Source: Nitrospirota bacterium (lineage in GTDB: Bacteria; Nitrospirota; Thermodesulfovibrionia; Thermodesulfovibrionales; SM23-35). From it: DNA of 64,000 nt. The stretch lies in NCBI GenBank assembly GCA_014859105.1, contig JACUUX010000005.1:1759-65758 (forward strand), written 5' to 3'. The first letter of the stretch is position 1. Every line of letters starts with the position of its first letter. The notes beneath the pieces are model-generated. The model did no database searches. It saw nothing but the letters and a program-made list of their open reading frames with translations, and was not told the origin of the DNA. The position numbers and the translations under genes are program-made. Of this stretch, positions 8,962 to 19,949 are shown piece after piece.

Positions 8962-11498
8962 ACAAAAACTTTTTAAAACTGATAAAACTCCTTGTACTAA
9001 AAAACATCAGGCAGGAGAAATTCCTTACCTTTCTGTCCATAATCGGCATAGCTCTCGGCATAGGACTTTTTGTCGGCGTCAAGGTTGCTTCTGACCGTGC
9101 TATTTCTTCCTTCGAGGCGGATATCAAAGGCATGAGTCCGCATGCCAATTACGAGGTTTTTGATATTTCAGGGATAGATTTCAGTGAACATATATATAGA
9201 AACATACGGGAACTAAAAGAAGAAAGCTTCCCTGTATTGAAAACTTTTGCTTATCTTCCCGCGTTAAAAGAGACTGTTGACATAAACGGTATTTATTCTG
9301 TGAAAGCTTTCCGTTTTCTAAATCTGAATCCTGATAAAAAGATTGATATCGAGAACTTTTACAGAAAGCTGAACGGTATTATCCTCACCAAAAAATTTGC
9401 TGAGAGATATTCACTGAAAAAAGGTGATATATTAAAACCCCTTGTTTATAACAGGGAATACACCCTGAATGTAGTCGACATCATTGATTCCGATTCCATC
9501 CTTGCAAATACGGTGATAATGGACATCGGTAACTTTCAGGAGTATTTTGATAAGACAGGTTATCTTACGAGGATTGACATTGCAACAGACGAGAAGACAG
9601 CCAATGAGATAAAAAGAATACTTCCTTTTAATCTCAGGATTGAAAAGAAGGAAGAAATATTTAAAAACCAGAAATCCATGATAGCATCTTTCCGTTATAA
9701 CCTGCAGTTCATAAGTCTGGTTGCAATCCTTGTCGGAATATTTCTGCTCTACAATACCGTATTCATTTCAGTAGTAAAAAGGAGGACGGAGATAGGAATT
9801 TTAAGGGGCATTGGTGCAGATAAAACAACGATAATCATGCTCTTTATTATTCAGGGCATGGTATTGGGCTTTATCGGTTCATTAATCGGTGTCACGTTGG
9901 GGCAGTTAGCAGCCTATTTTTCCGTAATCGCAGTAGAAAAGACCATATCAACAATGTACAGCACAATATCCATTGCTGATTATCTTATAACAAAAAATGA
10001 TGCTTTCATGGCGTTGCTCTTAGGTATGTTAGTATCACTCATAGCCTCGGCAATCCCGGCTTATGAAGCCTCGAAAATAAGACCTAACGAGACATCGAGA
10101 GAAGGTTCGTTCGAGGGCAAGTATAAGGGTTATCAGAAAATTTTTTTAGTTGCCGGAATCTTTTTTATACTATCAGGACTGATTTTATCTTATATTGATT
10201 ATATTTATACTCCGTTTGATTTTCCTATTTTTTCATATCTTGGAATACTTTTTATCATTGCAGGTTTTACATTTATCTCCCCCTTTTATCTGTCCATCAT
10301 TCTAAGAGCCATAAAAAACCCGTTAGAGAAAATATTCAGATCAACTGGGAAGATAACCCTTGGAGATATGAGAGGAAATAGTTACAGATTTTCTGTTGCC
10401 CTGATGAGTGTTGCCATCAGCAGCGCATTGATTATCGCACTTTTAACATTAATCTTTTCCTTGAGAGTGTCTCTGAAAGGGTGGATAAACCAGTACATAG
10501 TGGCGGACGTCTATATAAAGCCTGCCTCGTGCAAATCCAATTACTGTTTTTATCCGGTTTCAGAGGAAGTCTTTGAGACAGTGAAAAGGTTTCCTGAAGT
10601 AGCAGGAGTTGACAAATTCAGGGCTTTGCATCTGAATCTGTACGGAAAGAAAGTTATATCGGGTTTTGCTGATGTCGAAGTTAAAAGAAAATATTCAAGG
10701 AAAATATATTTTGAAAAGGAATATGAGGAAATTCTGAAGGAGATGGAGAGTAATGAGATGGTAGCAGGGATTTCAGATTACCTGAGCATTAAGTACGGGC
10801 TTAAAAAAGGGGACTTTATCGAGCTTGACACTCCGAGTGGGAAGGCGGCATTTCGAATAAATGATGTGTCCTCAAGCTATTCCACAACTTCAGGCTTTAT
10901 ATATATTGACCGGAAATGGTTAAAGAAGTTCTGGGGAATTGATGATGCGACACAATTCAGTATTTACCTGAAAGATGCTGTAGATATTGACAATTTCATT
11001 CAGAAATTGAAAGAAAAACTGTTGCCGTATTATTCTCTTGAAATAATGAACAACCAGGAACTGCGCCGGAAGATCATGGACATATTCAACAAGAGTTTTG
11101 CGATCACATATGCAATAGAACTCATATCAATCATCGTTTCTTTGATAGGAGTGATAAACACTTTGCTCGCACTCGTTTTTGAAAGGAAAAGGGAGATAAG
11201 CATTATCAGGTACCTCGGAGGCAGATGGAAGCAGATACGGAATACACTTGTCCTTTCTGCGGGAATAGTAGGGATTACAGGGATATTCTTAGGTACCATC
11301 CTCGGCCCCCTTATGAGTACAATATTTATTCATGTAGTAAATAAGATTTCCTTCGGATGGGAAATACACTTCCAGATACCATTCCTCTACCTTTCAGTCG
11401 TAATCTTTATTTTATTTCTCACGACACTATTTGCAGGATTTTTGCCTTCTAAAGTTGCTCAAAAAATTGATCCGAAGAGGTTTATTAGTTTTGAGTGA
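8958..11498 (+). CDS. ABC transporter permease with two FtsX domains
   Basis: 846 aa with two blocks of four TM helices separated by large periplasmic regions. Overlaps the ATPase stop by 4 nt. Confidence 0.85.
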   Translation: MNKNFLKLIKLLVLKNIRQEKFLTFLSIIGIALGIGLFVGVKVASDRAISSFEADIKGMSPHANYEVFDISGIDFSEHIYRNIRELKEESFPVLKTFAYLPALKETVDINGIYSVKAFRFLNLNPDKKIDIENFYRKLNGIILTKKFAERYSLKKGDILKPLVYNREYTLNVVDIIDSDSILANTVIMDIGNFQEYFDKTGYLTRIDIATDEKTANEIKRILPFNLRIEKKEEIFKNQKSMIASFRYNLQFISLVAILVGIFLLYNTVFISVVKRRTEIGILRGIGADKTTIIMLFIIQGMVLGFIGSLIGVTLGQLAAYFSVIAVEKTISTMYSTISIADYLITKNDAFMALLLGMLVSLIASAIPAYEASKIRPNETSREGSFEGKYKGYQKIFLVAGIFFILSGLILSYIDYIYTPFDFPIFSYLGILFIIAGFTFISPFYLSIILRAIKNPLEKIFRSTGKITLGDMRGNSYRFSVALMSVAISSALIIALLTLIFSLRVSLKGWINQYIVADVYIKPASCKSNYCFYPVSEEVFETVKRFPEVAGVDKFRALHLNLYGKKVISGFADVEVKRKYSRKIYFEKEYEEILKEMESNEMVAGISDYLSIKYGLKKGDFIELDTPSGKAAFRINDVSSSYSTTSGFIYIDRKWLKKFWGIDDATQFSIYLKDAVDIDNFIQKLKEKLLPYYSLEIMNNQELRRKIMDIFNKSFAITYAIELISIIVSLIGVINTLLALVFERKREISIIRYLGGRWKQIRNTLVLSAGIVGITGIFLGTILGPLMSTIFIHVVNKISFGWEIHFQIPFLYLSVVIFILFLTTLFAGFLPSKVAQKIDPKRFISFE

Positions 11499-11557
11499 GG
11501 ACAGGTTTCCATATACCCTAAACCTAAAAATACCTCGCAAGTCTTCTTATGGCATCC

Positions 11558-12751
11558 CTACAGCCTTCTCCTGAACATTGCAAAGAACTTTTCCTTTACC
11601 TTTTCGAAAAATGGACGTTTTATCCACTTATCAAGAGTTATTTCTTCTGAATGTTTCAGGTCTTCATCAAAAACTTCTATCATATTTCTGGCAAAATTTT
11701 CATCAATAATTCCGACATTCCCTTCATCATTTCTTCTGAGTGACTGAAAATCAAGGTTCGCTGAACCTATTATACTCCACATTCCGTCAAACACAGCGGT
11801 CTTTGCATGGAGTATTTCGCCTTGATAATTGTATATCTTCACGCCAGATTTAAGCAGCTTGGTATAAAACGCCCTGCCCGCATAATGAGCTGCCAGGATG
11901 TCCGATTCCCCGGGCAGCAGAAGTTTCACATTCAAACCCCTTATAACCGCATTTTCGAGTATCTGAAGCATCCTCCTGCTCGGTGTGAAGTATGCAGTAG
12001 TCAAATAGATACTTTTTCGAGCCTCATTAATGCTGTAATACAGCAGTCTTCTCATTTTCCTGCGCCCCTTTGCAGAGCTTGCAAATATCGGCAAAACAGG
12101 CAGGCCATCTTGAAAAGGTTCGACATTTTTATCAAAGATTATCGGTTCGCCTTTCCATAAATTCCAGCTTTTTCTGAATATATTTAAAAGTATCAGGGCC
12201 ACAGGACCCTTAAGAAATATACCGGTATCCCTCCAGCCTTCTCTTCTTCTAAATCTGTAGTATCCCCTGTACTCGTCAGCAATATTCAGACCGCCTGTAA
12301 AAGCCTTGAAGCCGTCAACGATAATGAGCTTTTTATGATCCCTGTAAACATAGTTAAAAGGTGAAGTCCACTTAAAAGGCCGGGATGCCTTCACATGAAC
12401 TCCTGCCCGTTTTAAATCTTTCCAGAATTTTCCTGAAGTACCGAATGAACCGAAATGGTCATAAAGAACATAGACATTTACTCCTCCTGAAGCCTTATGT
12501 TTTAATATTTCCGCAAGCTCTTTGCCAGTTTCGTCATTCCGGAATATATAGAATTCAAGGCAGATCAGCTCCTTTGCAGTTCTTACTGCATCGAAGATAG
12601 CCTGAAATGTTTCATTTCCCTTCCATAAAAGTCTGACTATATTGCCTTCAATAAAAGGGATTCCATATCCATAGATCTTATGCAGTTTTTTTTCTGTGAA
12701 ATAAGGATTTATCTCGTTTGGCATAATAACATCATTACCGAAACAGATCAT
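11558..12751 (-). CDS. phospholipase D family protein / cardiolipin synthase-like
   Basis: Two HKD motifs (RDHKKLIIVDG and LHAKTAVFDG...GSANLD). Confidence 0.8.
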   Translation of the reverse strand: MICFGNDVIMPNEINPYFTEKKLHKIYGYGIPFIEGNIVRLLWKGNETFQAIFDAVRTAKELICLEFYIFRNDETGKELAEILKHKASGGVNVYVLYDHFGSFGTSGKFWKDLKRAGVHVKASRPFKWTSPFNYVYRDHKKLIIVDGFKAFTGGLNIADEYRGYYRFRRREGWRDTGIFLKGPVALILLNIFRKSWNLWKGEPIIFDKNVEPFQDGLPVLPIFASSAKGRRKMRRLLYYSINEARKSIYLTTAYFTPSRRMLQILENAVIRGLNVKLLLPGESDILAAHYAGRAFYTKLLKSGVKIYNYQGEILHAKTAVFDGMWSIIGSANLDFQSLRRNDEGNVGIIDENFARNMIEVFDEDLKHSEEITLDKWIKRPFFEKVKEKFFAMFRRRL

Positions 12752-12846
12752 TCTGTCAATTAGAATTATCCGGACGAATCTTGTTCTGTTAATAGATATT
12801 TTTCTGAAAAATAAGTTACAATCAAAAAGTGTAATTTTAGAAAATA

Positions 12847-14298
12847 ATGAATATTTATATAAAGAACATTACCGAGGTGAACTGTGTATGCGATGCCCTG
12901 ATTCTGCCTTTTACAGAAGGAGATTCGGGGCTTTATGATCATCTTGATTCAAATATATCAGGGCTTGTTAAAAAATTATTTTCAAAAGAGTTCAGGGGCA
13001 AACAGAATGACCTTATCTTGATTCCTGCTCCTGAAAACATTAAGCCTGAACGGCTTCTGCTCGTCGGCCTCGGGAAGAAAGAGGAGCTTTCGAACGAACA
13101 TATAAGGCAGGCTGCTGGTAAGGCAGTTGTCTATCTCCGGGACAGGGGTATGAAGAATATTGCACTTTCTTCACATGTTATATCGTCTTATAACTTATCT
13201 CCCATAGACTTCATCGAAGGAGCATTGCTCGGAGTTTATACTTTTGAAAAATATTTAACAGAAAAAAATAATAATAAAATTGACCGCTTGACTTTACTGT
13301 CTGGAGATGTAAAAAAACTTAAAGATGACCTTCATTGGACTGAAACGATAGCCACTTCTGTATGCCTTGCAAGAGATTTAATAAATACACCTTCTAATGA
13401 TATGACACCTGCACAGCTCGCTAGTACGGCTTTATCTCTTAGAAATAATAATTTAAAAGTAAAAGTCCTCGAAAAAAAAGATATGCAGAAACTCGGCATG
13501 GGAGCTCTCTTATCTGTTGCAAAAGGGTCTCATGAACCTCCAAAATTCATAGTGCTCGAATACAAGGATGCTAAGGATTCTCCGGTCGTTATTATAGGGA
13601 AATCTGTAACTTTTGACAGCGGTGGCTTATCTTTAAAGCCTGCTGATGGCATGGAGAGGATGAAGGATGACATGTCAGGTGGTGCGGCAGTTCTTGGTAT
13701 TATGAAAGCGGTTTCTGAAATGAAGATGCCAGTGTATCTTATTGGAATCTTACCTGCAACAGAAAACCTTCCCGGAGGCTCTGCTACAAAACCGGGTGAT
13801 GTAGTGAAGTCAATAGACGGAAAGACCATAGAGATTATTAATACTGATGCGGAAGGACGGCTAATCCTTGCAGATGCTATAGGATATGCTAAACGTTTCA
13901 ACCCGAAGGCAATTATTGACATAGCCACACTTACAGGAGCCTGTTCAATAGCTCTCGGAAACGAGGCAATAGCAATGATGGGAAATCAGAGGGAACTTAT
14001 GGATAAAATAAAAAAGGCTGCCGATAAGACATACGAACGGGTATGGGAGATGCCCCTTTTTAAGGAGTACAAAGAATATCTGAAGAGTGATATTGCTGAT
14101 TTAAAAAATAACAGCGGAAAAAGTGGTGCTCTTGTTACTTCAGCCTATTTTTTATATGAATTTGCAGGTAATATTCCGTGGGTTCACCTCGATATTGCGG
14201 GGACAGCATGGACAGAGAAAGACAGACCTTATATACCCAAGGGTGCTTCAGGTATAGGAGTGAGGCTTATTTTAAACTTAATAAAGGAGTTAAAATGA
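12847..14298 (+). CDS. pepA: leucyl aminopeptidase (M17)
   Basis: VTFDSGGLSLKP and NTDAEGRLILADA motifs. Confidence 0.9.
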   Translation: MNIYIKNITEVNCVCDALILPFTEGDSGLYDHLDSNISGLVKKLFSKEFRGKQNDLILIPAPENIKPERLLLVGLGKKEELSNEHIRQAAGKAVVYLRDRGMKNIALSSHVISSYNLSPIDFIEGALLGVYTFEKYLTEKNNNKIDRLTLLSGDVKKLKDDLHWTETIATSVCLARDLINTPSNDMTPAQLASTALSLRNNNLKVKVLEKKDMQKLGMGALLSVAKGSHEPPKFIVLEYKDAKDSPVVIIGKSVTFDSGGLSLKPADGMERMKDDMSGGAAVLGIMKAVSEMKMPVYLIGILPATENLPGGSATKPGDVVKSIDGKTIEIINTDAEGRLILADAIGYAKRFNPKAIIDIATLTGACSIALGNEAIAMMGNQRELMDKIKKAADKTYERVWEMPLFKEYKEYLKSDIADLKNNSGKSGALVTSAYFLYEFAGNIPWVHLDIAGTAWTEKDRPYIPKGASGIGVRLILNLIKELK

Positions 14299-15119
14299 AA
14301 GTATTTAAGGTATTGATAATTCTTTCTTTTTTATTATTGCCATCTGCAGCATTTGCATGGGGACCACTCACACATATATATCTTGGGAATGAACTGTATT
14401 CCATGGGGGCATTACTCCCTGCAGGTCTGTATGAGATTATCAGGCGGCATAAAAAAGATTTCATTTATGGAAACCTGATGGCCGACATAGTTGTCGGCAA
14501 GAAATATCTGCCTGAAAACAAAAACTCTCATAGCTGGGATGTGGCCTTTGAACTTCTGAGAGCGTCAAGAACAAAACAACAGAAAGCTTTTGTATACGGA
14601 TATCTGAGCCACCTGGCAGCAGATACAGTTGCTCATAACATTTACATAGTTAACAAGAAAAATCTTGGACATTCGATATTGGAGATGAAAGCGGATAGCA
14701 TCATCGATAAAAAATACTGGTATCAGGCTGTAACAATCGATAAGAAAACGCAGGTAAGAAATGATATCTTCCTCGAAAAAGCCCTTGATAGATTTATATT
14801 TTCTTTTAAAACAAATAAAAGGATTTTTAAAAGTATGGTTTTTCTGACAGTTCTCTACCAGGAAAAGATAAATGATTTTATTGATAAAAATCTTATAACA
14901 TCACTCCCCTTAAGAGAAACGATAGAGAAACTTCATGAAGAGTCGATCGATAAGATTGTTGACCTTTTCCAGAACTGGGAAAACTCTGAGGTCGTTAAGG
15001 TACATCCAGCTGGCAACGGATATAAAAAAAAGGAGCCCTTAATATGGAATTTATACATTCCTTTTTCAGATTATCTAAAACAAATAGGTTATGATTTTTT
15101 CACTTTAAGAAGAAAATAG
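14295..15119 (+). CDS. secreted zinc-dependent phospholipase C-like protein
   Basis: ATG 14295 follows a GGAG RBS. The signal peptide ends AFA|WGPLTH, giving a mature N-terminal Trp typical of Zn-PLC, followed by HLAADTVAHN. Confidence 0.6.
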   Translation: MKVFKVLIILSFLLLPSAAFAWGPLTHIYLGNELYSMGALLPAGLYEIIRRHKKDFIYGNLMADIVVGKKYLPENKNSHSWDVAFELLRASRTKQQKAFVYGYLSHLAADTVAHNIYIVNKKNLGHSILEMKADSIIDKKYWYQAVTIDKKTQVRNDIFLEKALDRFIFSFKTNKRIFKSMVFLTVLYQEKINDFIDKNLITSLPLRETIEKLHEESIDKIVDLFQNWENSEVVKVHPAGNGYKKKEPLIWNLYIPFSDYLKQIGYDFFTLRRK

Positions 15120-15133
15120 AAATGTCCGAAAAT

Positions 15134-16312
15134 CTATTTTACCTTCCGGCTTAGTTTATCCCTTCCAAAAGGTGAAAGTAGCCTGAGTTCTTTTATTATC
15201 CCCGGTATAATCTCAATGACTTTGTCTATCTCTTCTTCTGTATTGTATCTGCTCAAAGAAAATCTTATGGAACCGTGGATTGCCGTAAAAGGCACACCCA
15301 TTGCCCTTAATACATGAGAAGGCTCCAGAGAGCCGGATGAGCATGCAGAGCCTGATGATGCACATATTCCATATTCATTGAGTCTCAGAAGTATAGCCTC
15401 GCCCTCAACATATTCAAAACTAAGACTCGTGGTATTTGGAAGCCTGCTGTTTACGTCGCCATTAATTCTGACATCAGTACATAATTTCAAAAGTGAAGTC
15501 TCAAGCTTATCCCTCAATCTTTTAAGATAAACGATTTCTTCATCAAGATTGTTCCTTGCCAGCTCGCAAGCTTTGCCGAGTCCTATAATAGAAGCCACAT
15601 TTTCTGTCCCCGCCCTTCTCCCTTTTTCCTGATGGCCGCCTATTATATAAGGATAGAACCTTGTGCCTTTTCTCACATACAGCGCCCCCACTCCTTTAGG
15701 GGCATGCAGTTTATGGCCTGATAAGGAAAGCATATCTACAGGGAGTTTCTTTAAATCTACAGGGATCTTTCCAACTGCCTGAACCGCATCTGTATGAAAT
15801 AGTATTCGTCTTTCCTTGAGTATTTCTGAAATCTCCTCGAGTGGAAAAATATTGCCCACCTCGTTATTTGCATACATTATTGTTACAAGTAAAGTATCAC
15901 CCTCTATGGCTTTTAATAAATCGTTTATATCCAATTGGCCGTGATTATTTACAGAAAGAAAGGTTATTCTGAAACCTTTTCTCGCAAGATGTTTACAGAA
16001 ATTCCTTACTGCCGGATGTTCAACCCTCGTGGTAATGATATGTCTTTTATTTGGAAATGACTCAACAGCACTCATGATTGCAGTATTATCGCTTTCTGTA
16101 CCGCAGCTGGCGAAAATTATTTCTTCTGGTTCTGCACGAAGGAGTTCAGCTGTTCTTTCTCTCGCTTCTTCTATCTTTTTGTAAAGCTGCCCCCCGAAGG
16201 TATGCATGCTTGAAGGGTTACCGTAAAATTCCTTCAGGTAGGGAAGCATCTCTTCAATTACTTCGGGTGCAATTCTCGTTGTTGCATTGTTGTCAAGATA
16301 TATTGTGTTCAT
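15134..16312 (-). CDS. nifS: cysteine desulfurase NifS
   Basis: PLP Lys context SLSGHKLHAPKG and catalytic loop SSGSACSS. Adjacent to nifU. Confidence 0.9.
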   Translation of the reverse strand: MNTIYLDNNATTRIAPEVIEEMLPYLKEFYGNPSSMHTFGGQLYKKIEEARERTAELLRAEPEEIIFASCGTESDNTAIMSAVESFPNKRHIITTRVEHPAVRNFCKHLARKGFRITFLSVNNHGQLDINDLLKAIEGDTLLVTIMYANNEVGNIFPLEEISEILKERRILFHTDAVQAVGKIPVDLKKLPVDMLSLSGHKLHAPKGVGALYVRKGTRFYPYIIGGHQEKGRRAGTENVASIIGLGKACELARNNLDEEIVYLKRLRDKLETSLLKLCTDVRINGDVNSRLPNTTSLSFEYVEGEAILLRLNEYGICASSGSACSSGSLEPSHVLRAMGVPFTAIHGSIRFSLSRYNTEEEIDKVIEIIPGIIKELRLLSPFGRDKLSRKVK

Positions 16313-17139
16313 TGTTCTTCTACGATTACTTCTCCGCTGACCAGCTCCCTGAGTTTATCCTGGATGCCACTTAGTGTTACACCTGACATGATACATCCTG
16401 TACACATACCACGAAGCGCAACGATTACCCTGTCGCCGTCAATATCAATAATTTCTATGTCACCGCCGTCAGCCTGCAACCCGGGCCTTATCTCTCTTTC
16501 TATAATCTCCTGTATAAGGGCAATCTTCTGCAGGTTTGTGAGCTTTTTAGTTTTTACAGGTTTTACAGGTTTTTTTAGAGACCAGATATCGCTTAGAATT
16601 GCTCCGATTTCCTCCCTGCATTCGCCGCATCCTCCACCAGCTTTTGTATAATTGGTAACCTCATCCACTGTTGTGAGATGGTTTTCTATTGCCACCTTTC
16701 TTATTTTTTCTTCCGTCACGCTAAAACACTCGCAGACAACCCTGCCCTCTTCTTCAACAACCCCTGGAATACCTTTATAATTGGCAACAGCAGCCTCGAG
16801 CGCCTCTCTTCCCATTACTGAGCAGTGCATTTTCTCCTTTGGTAGTCCACCAAGAAATTCTGCCAAGTCCTGATTTGTTATCTGCAAAGCCTCATCTACT
16901 GTTTTTCCCTTTATACGTTCAGTGAGGGCAGATGAACTTGCTATAGCGCTCGCACAGCCGAATGTCTGAAATTTTGCATCTATAATTTTATGTGTTTCCC
17001 TGTCGATTTTAAGGGTTAATTTTAAAGCGTCACCGCATATGATGCTCCCGACTTCTCCAACCGCATCAGGATTTTCTATCTCCCCGATATTTTTAGGATT
17101 TAAAAAATATTCTCTTACTTTTTCCGTATATTCCCACAT
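16309..17139 (-). CDS. nifU: Fe-S cluster assembly scaffold NifU (three-domain)
   Basis: IscU-like N-terminus (GDALKL...FGCASAIASS), a central Cys-rich domain, and a C-terminal NifU domain (GMCTGC). Confidence 0.9.
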   Translation of the reverse strand: MWEYTEKVREYFLNPKNIGEIENPDAVGEVGSIICGDALKLTLKIDRETHKIIDAKFQTFGCASAIASSSALTERIKGKTVDEALQITNQDLAEFLGGLPKEKMHCSVMGREALEAAVANYKGIPGVVEEEGRVVCECFSVTEEKIRKVAIENHLTTVDEVTNYTKAGGGCGECREEIGAILSDIWSLKKPVKPVKTKKLTNLQKIALIQEIIEREIRPGLQADGGDIEIIDIDGDRVIVALRGMCTGCIMSGVTLSGIQDKLRELVSGEVIVEEQ

Positions 17140-17273
17140 ACCTAATTAATTTAATCAAAGCCCCTAAAGAATTGTCAATTTCATATAGCAATAAAAAACA
17201 TGATAGCTATTAAGTCTATATCTTTGTAAAATATATTTCAAATTCTTTATCCCTGAAGAGGAAGGAGGCAAAC

Positions 17274-17558
17274 ATGGCTTATTATGTAGTGTTAAGCACA
17301 CTCACTGATGAGGGAAGAAAAACAATCAAAGAAAACCCCCAGAGAATTCTTGAGGTGAACAAGGAACTCGAAAAAATGGGTGTCACAGTAAAAGAACAGT
17401 TCGCAGTCCTCGGTCCTTATGATTTTGTTAATATCGTCGAGGCACCGGATAATACTACCATCATGAAAATGTCTGTAGAAATCGGGGCAAGGGGATCTGT
17501 ACAGCTTCTGACACTCCCAGCTATACCAGTTGAGGATTTCATAAAGAAGATAAAATAA
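17274..17558 (+). CDS. GYD domain protein
   Basis: 94 aa, GPYDFV motif, GGAGG RBS. Confidence 0.7.
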   Translation: MAYYVVLSTLTDEGRKTIKENPQRILEVNKELEKMGVTVKEQFAVLGPYDFVNIVEAPDNTTIMKMSVEIGARGSVQLLTLPAIPVEDFIKKIK

Positions 17559-17686
17559 GAAGGGGCTATTTAAAAAAATTAATCAAGTTTAGAGTTTATA
17601 AACCCGTGCCTATTGAGGGGAGGAATATCCTTTTTTTAGAGTTACTAAAAAGAAAATAGATAATATCACATTCCTGTACCTATTTT

Positions 17687-17745
17687 GTCATGCTGCCTTG
17701 TCCGGCATCTTTCTTGAAGAAGGATTCCAGACAAGCTGGAATGAC
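17687..17745. repeat. GTCAT...ATGAC family copy 5
   Basis: GTCATGCTGCCTTGTCCGGCATCTTTCTTGAAGAAGGATTCCAGACAAGCTGGAATGAC. Confidence 0.8.
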
Positions 17746-17801
17746 AGGCGATGTAGTATTACTTATAAAATCCTTAGTTAGACTCAATTTAGGAGATATT
17801 C

Positions 17802-18089
17802 ATGAAAACCTGTGCCTTGTGTTGTAAACAAATCGAAATCGATAAATATTTTTCAAGAAAGTCAACCTGTCCAGAATGTGGTGGTGACCTTCATATATGC
17901 CTTAATTGTAAGTTCTATTCTGAAACAAGTCACAATAAATGCATCGAGCCAAAGGCCGAATTCCAGAGATCAAGGGAAAAAGCCAACTTCTGTGATTATT
18001 TTGTTTTCAGGGAAGGTCTTCATTCCTCTGAAAATGAAAAAGGAAAGACAAGAAGAATGTTAGATGAATTATTCAAAAAACCCTCTTGA
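17802..18089 (+). CDS. Cys-rich zinc-ribbon protein, unknown function
   Basis: 95 aa with CxxC...CxxC...CxxC spacing and a GGAG RBS. Confidence 0.55.
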   Translation: MKTCALCCKQIEIDKYFSRKSTCPECGGDLHICLNCKFYSETSHNKCIEPKAEFQRSREKANFCDYFVFREGLHSSENEKGKTRRMLDELFKKPS

Positions 18090-18095
18090 CATTTT

Positions 18096-18287
18096 CTAAA
18101 TCCCCTTCTTTTCCTTGTAAGCCCTTACAATTGCTTTTAAAATTTCGGGGTTAGCAATCCGGTAATATAAATTAACTATTTTCTCTTCACCATAAAAAAG
18201 GTGAACAAAATCCTCGTCTTCCATTAAATAAAATCCTGGCGGCAGTTCCACTAATAAATTTTTGTCTGGCACTCTCCACATCATCAT
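18096..18287 (-). CDS. hypothetical small protein (63 aa)
   Basis: ORF only; no recognisable motif. Confidence 0.3.
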   Translation of the reverse strand: MMMWRVPDKNLLVELPPGFYLMEDEDFVHLFYGEEKIVNLYYRIANPEILKAIVRAYKEKKGI

Positions 18288-18568
18288 ATTAATTGTATGA
18301 TTTTTCTAACCTATTTATTAAAAGACAACCGCCTATAAGTCTGTATAGTTATATTTTTCACTCGAAAAATACCCTTTCCGACAGGCGAAACGCCTGTTCT
18401 ACTTATATAAGTTTATCGCCCCCAAAGTGGTAGAATAGCTGTCTCGGCTGTCTTATGTTCAATTTTTATCCCCCATTGTGTCCGCTTGCCAGAATTCACA
18501 TTTTATGTTCTAAAGCACATTTGTGTCCCGGTGTTATGTTGTTAGAGATATCTTACATACAATCCCAT

Positions 18569-18598
18569 TTGATGTCAATAAAAAATGTAAGATATAAT
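18569..18598 (+). promoter_or_regulatory. candidate sigma-70 promoter giving a leaderless transcript, bracketed by an 11-bp inverted repeat
   Basis: TTGATG, 18-nt spacer, TATAAT (18593..18598), with the ATG 7 nt downstream and no SD. The inverted repeat is ATATCTTACAT (18548..18558) / ATGTAAGATAT (18585..18595). Confidence 0.45.
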
Positions 18599-18604
18599 CA
18601 ACAT

Positions 18605-19231
18605 ATGACTATCGGAAGATACTTCAAGGCAAAAAGAAAAGAGCAAAGATTATCTCTACGTAACGCATCTAAATTGTCCGGGATATCCCATGTCCATGTA
18701 AGAGACATTGAAAATGACAGAATTAAACCTGCATTTGAAAAGGTTATAAAACTTCTCAAGGCGTACAATGCAGACATACAGGACTTTCTCTCAAAAACAG
18801 GTTCTATCTCTCCACGGGATATTGAAACTGTTGAATCTGAAAAACTATACAAAATACCTGTTTTTTCATCGGTTGTAGCAGAAAAATCAGGAACGGCTTA
18901 TGGTTCATCAAAACAGGATAAAGTTTCTGAATGGATTGGAAGCGGCATAGAAGATCATCGTGTCTTTGCACTGAGGGTCAGAGACGACTCTATGGTCCCC
19001 GAGTTTCATGAAGGCGAAATTATTATAGTAAATCCTCATATAAAGCCGGAGCATAACGATTATGTTATTGTTAAAAACGATCAAGGTGAGATTGCTTTCA
19101 AGCAGCTAAAAAAGTATGGCAAAACAACTGTTTTTCATCCTTTAAATCCTAAATATCCGGACATACAGTTATCAGCCAGACAGAAATACACGATTATTGG
19201 TAAGGTTGTGAAAAAAGAGAAGATATATTAA
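18605..19231 (+). CDS. XRE-HTH / S24 peptidase repressor (CI/LexA-like)
   Basis: N-terminal HTH (LSLRNASKLSGISHVHVRDIE). C-terminal S24 domain with Ser (RDDSMVPEF) and Lys (AFKQLKK). Start at MTIGRYF fits the usual HTH domain start. Confidence 0.75.
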   Translation: MTIGRYFKAKRKEQRLSLRNASKLSGISHVHVRDIENDRIKPAFEKVIKLLKAYNADIQDFLSKTGSISPRDIETVESEKLYKIPVFSSVVAEKSGTAYGSSKQDKVSEWIGSGIEDHRVFALRVRDDSMVPEFHEGEIIIVNPHIKPEHNDYVIVKNDQGEIAFKQLKKYGKTTVFHPLNPKYPDIQLSARQKYTIIGKVVKKEKIY

Positions 19232-19297
19232 AAATCCTCTTATTTTTGTCTGAAATTGAAATATAATCTTAGATGTGCTATATTTGTGGCTGGAAAT

Positions 19298-19651
19298 ATG
19301 AGAAACAAGCGTCGGCATAAGCGGGTTCTAATGTCAGGAATTGCCACACTTAAATTCAAAGAGAAAGGCGAGAGCCACTTAATTCAAGCCGTGATAGCTA
19401 ATATTTCTTTACAGGGAACCGGATTGTATTCCTATGATTCAATAAAAGTTAGAAAATGTGTTTCAATTACTATTAATTTCATATCTCTAAATGGCGAAAT
19501 AAGAACTGATTCTGTTGAAGGTCGTGTTATATTTAAGAAAAAAATAGGTAAAACTTATTTTATAGGGATCCAATTTCATGAAGAAATAAACGCTAAAAAT
19601 CAGCCCTCGTTGTTCGACCACATCCAGGGAACCATTACATGGGACGTATAA
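19298..19651 (+). CDS. PilZ domain protein
   Basis: RRHKR motif near the N-terminus and a D/NxSxxG-like ANISLQGTG. Confidence 0.6.
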   Translation: MRNKRRHKRVLMSGIATLKFKEKGESHLIQAVIANISLQGTGLYSYDSIKVRKCVSITINFISLNGEIRTDSVEGRVIFKKKIGKTYFIGIQFHEEINAKNQPSLFDHIQGTITWDV

Positions 19652-19818
19652 TGATAGTTGTTACAAAGTGATTAACTGCCAATTCTGTTTTTACAAATGC
19701 AATAATTTCTATGTATATGACTCGGCATCACAATAAATTCATCTAATCCCGCATTCTCAAACAAAACAGGCAATTTATTCCACAGTACAAAGGCATAAGA
19801 CAACTCTCAAGAAATCCC

Positions 19819-19917
19819 ATGAGATCATTTAAGGAAATTAAGGACAATTATAATTTTACTTCTGATGAAGAACGCAGACTCATGAGGCTGAAACCAACCG
19901 TTTTTTGCCGGGCTTGA
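19819..19917 (+). pseudogene. 32-codon remnant resembling the N-terminus of a globin-coupled (protoglobin) sensor
   Basis: MRSFKEIKDNYNFTSDEERRLMRLKP matches the usual L..YGFTeeDe.lLr.l.P opening of such sensors, then stops. Confidence 0.3.
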
Positions 19918-19942
19918 CAAATAAGAATTAATACTATATAGT
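19914..19942 (+). promoter_or_regulatory. strong sigma-70 promoter for perR
   Basis: TTGACA (19914..19919), 17-nt spacer, TATAGT (19937..19942), 7 nt before the ORF start. Confidence 0.6.
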
Positions 19943-19949
19943 TACAACT

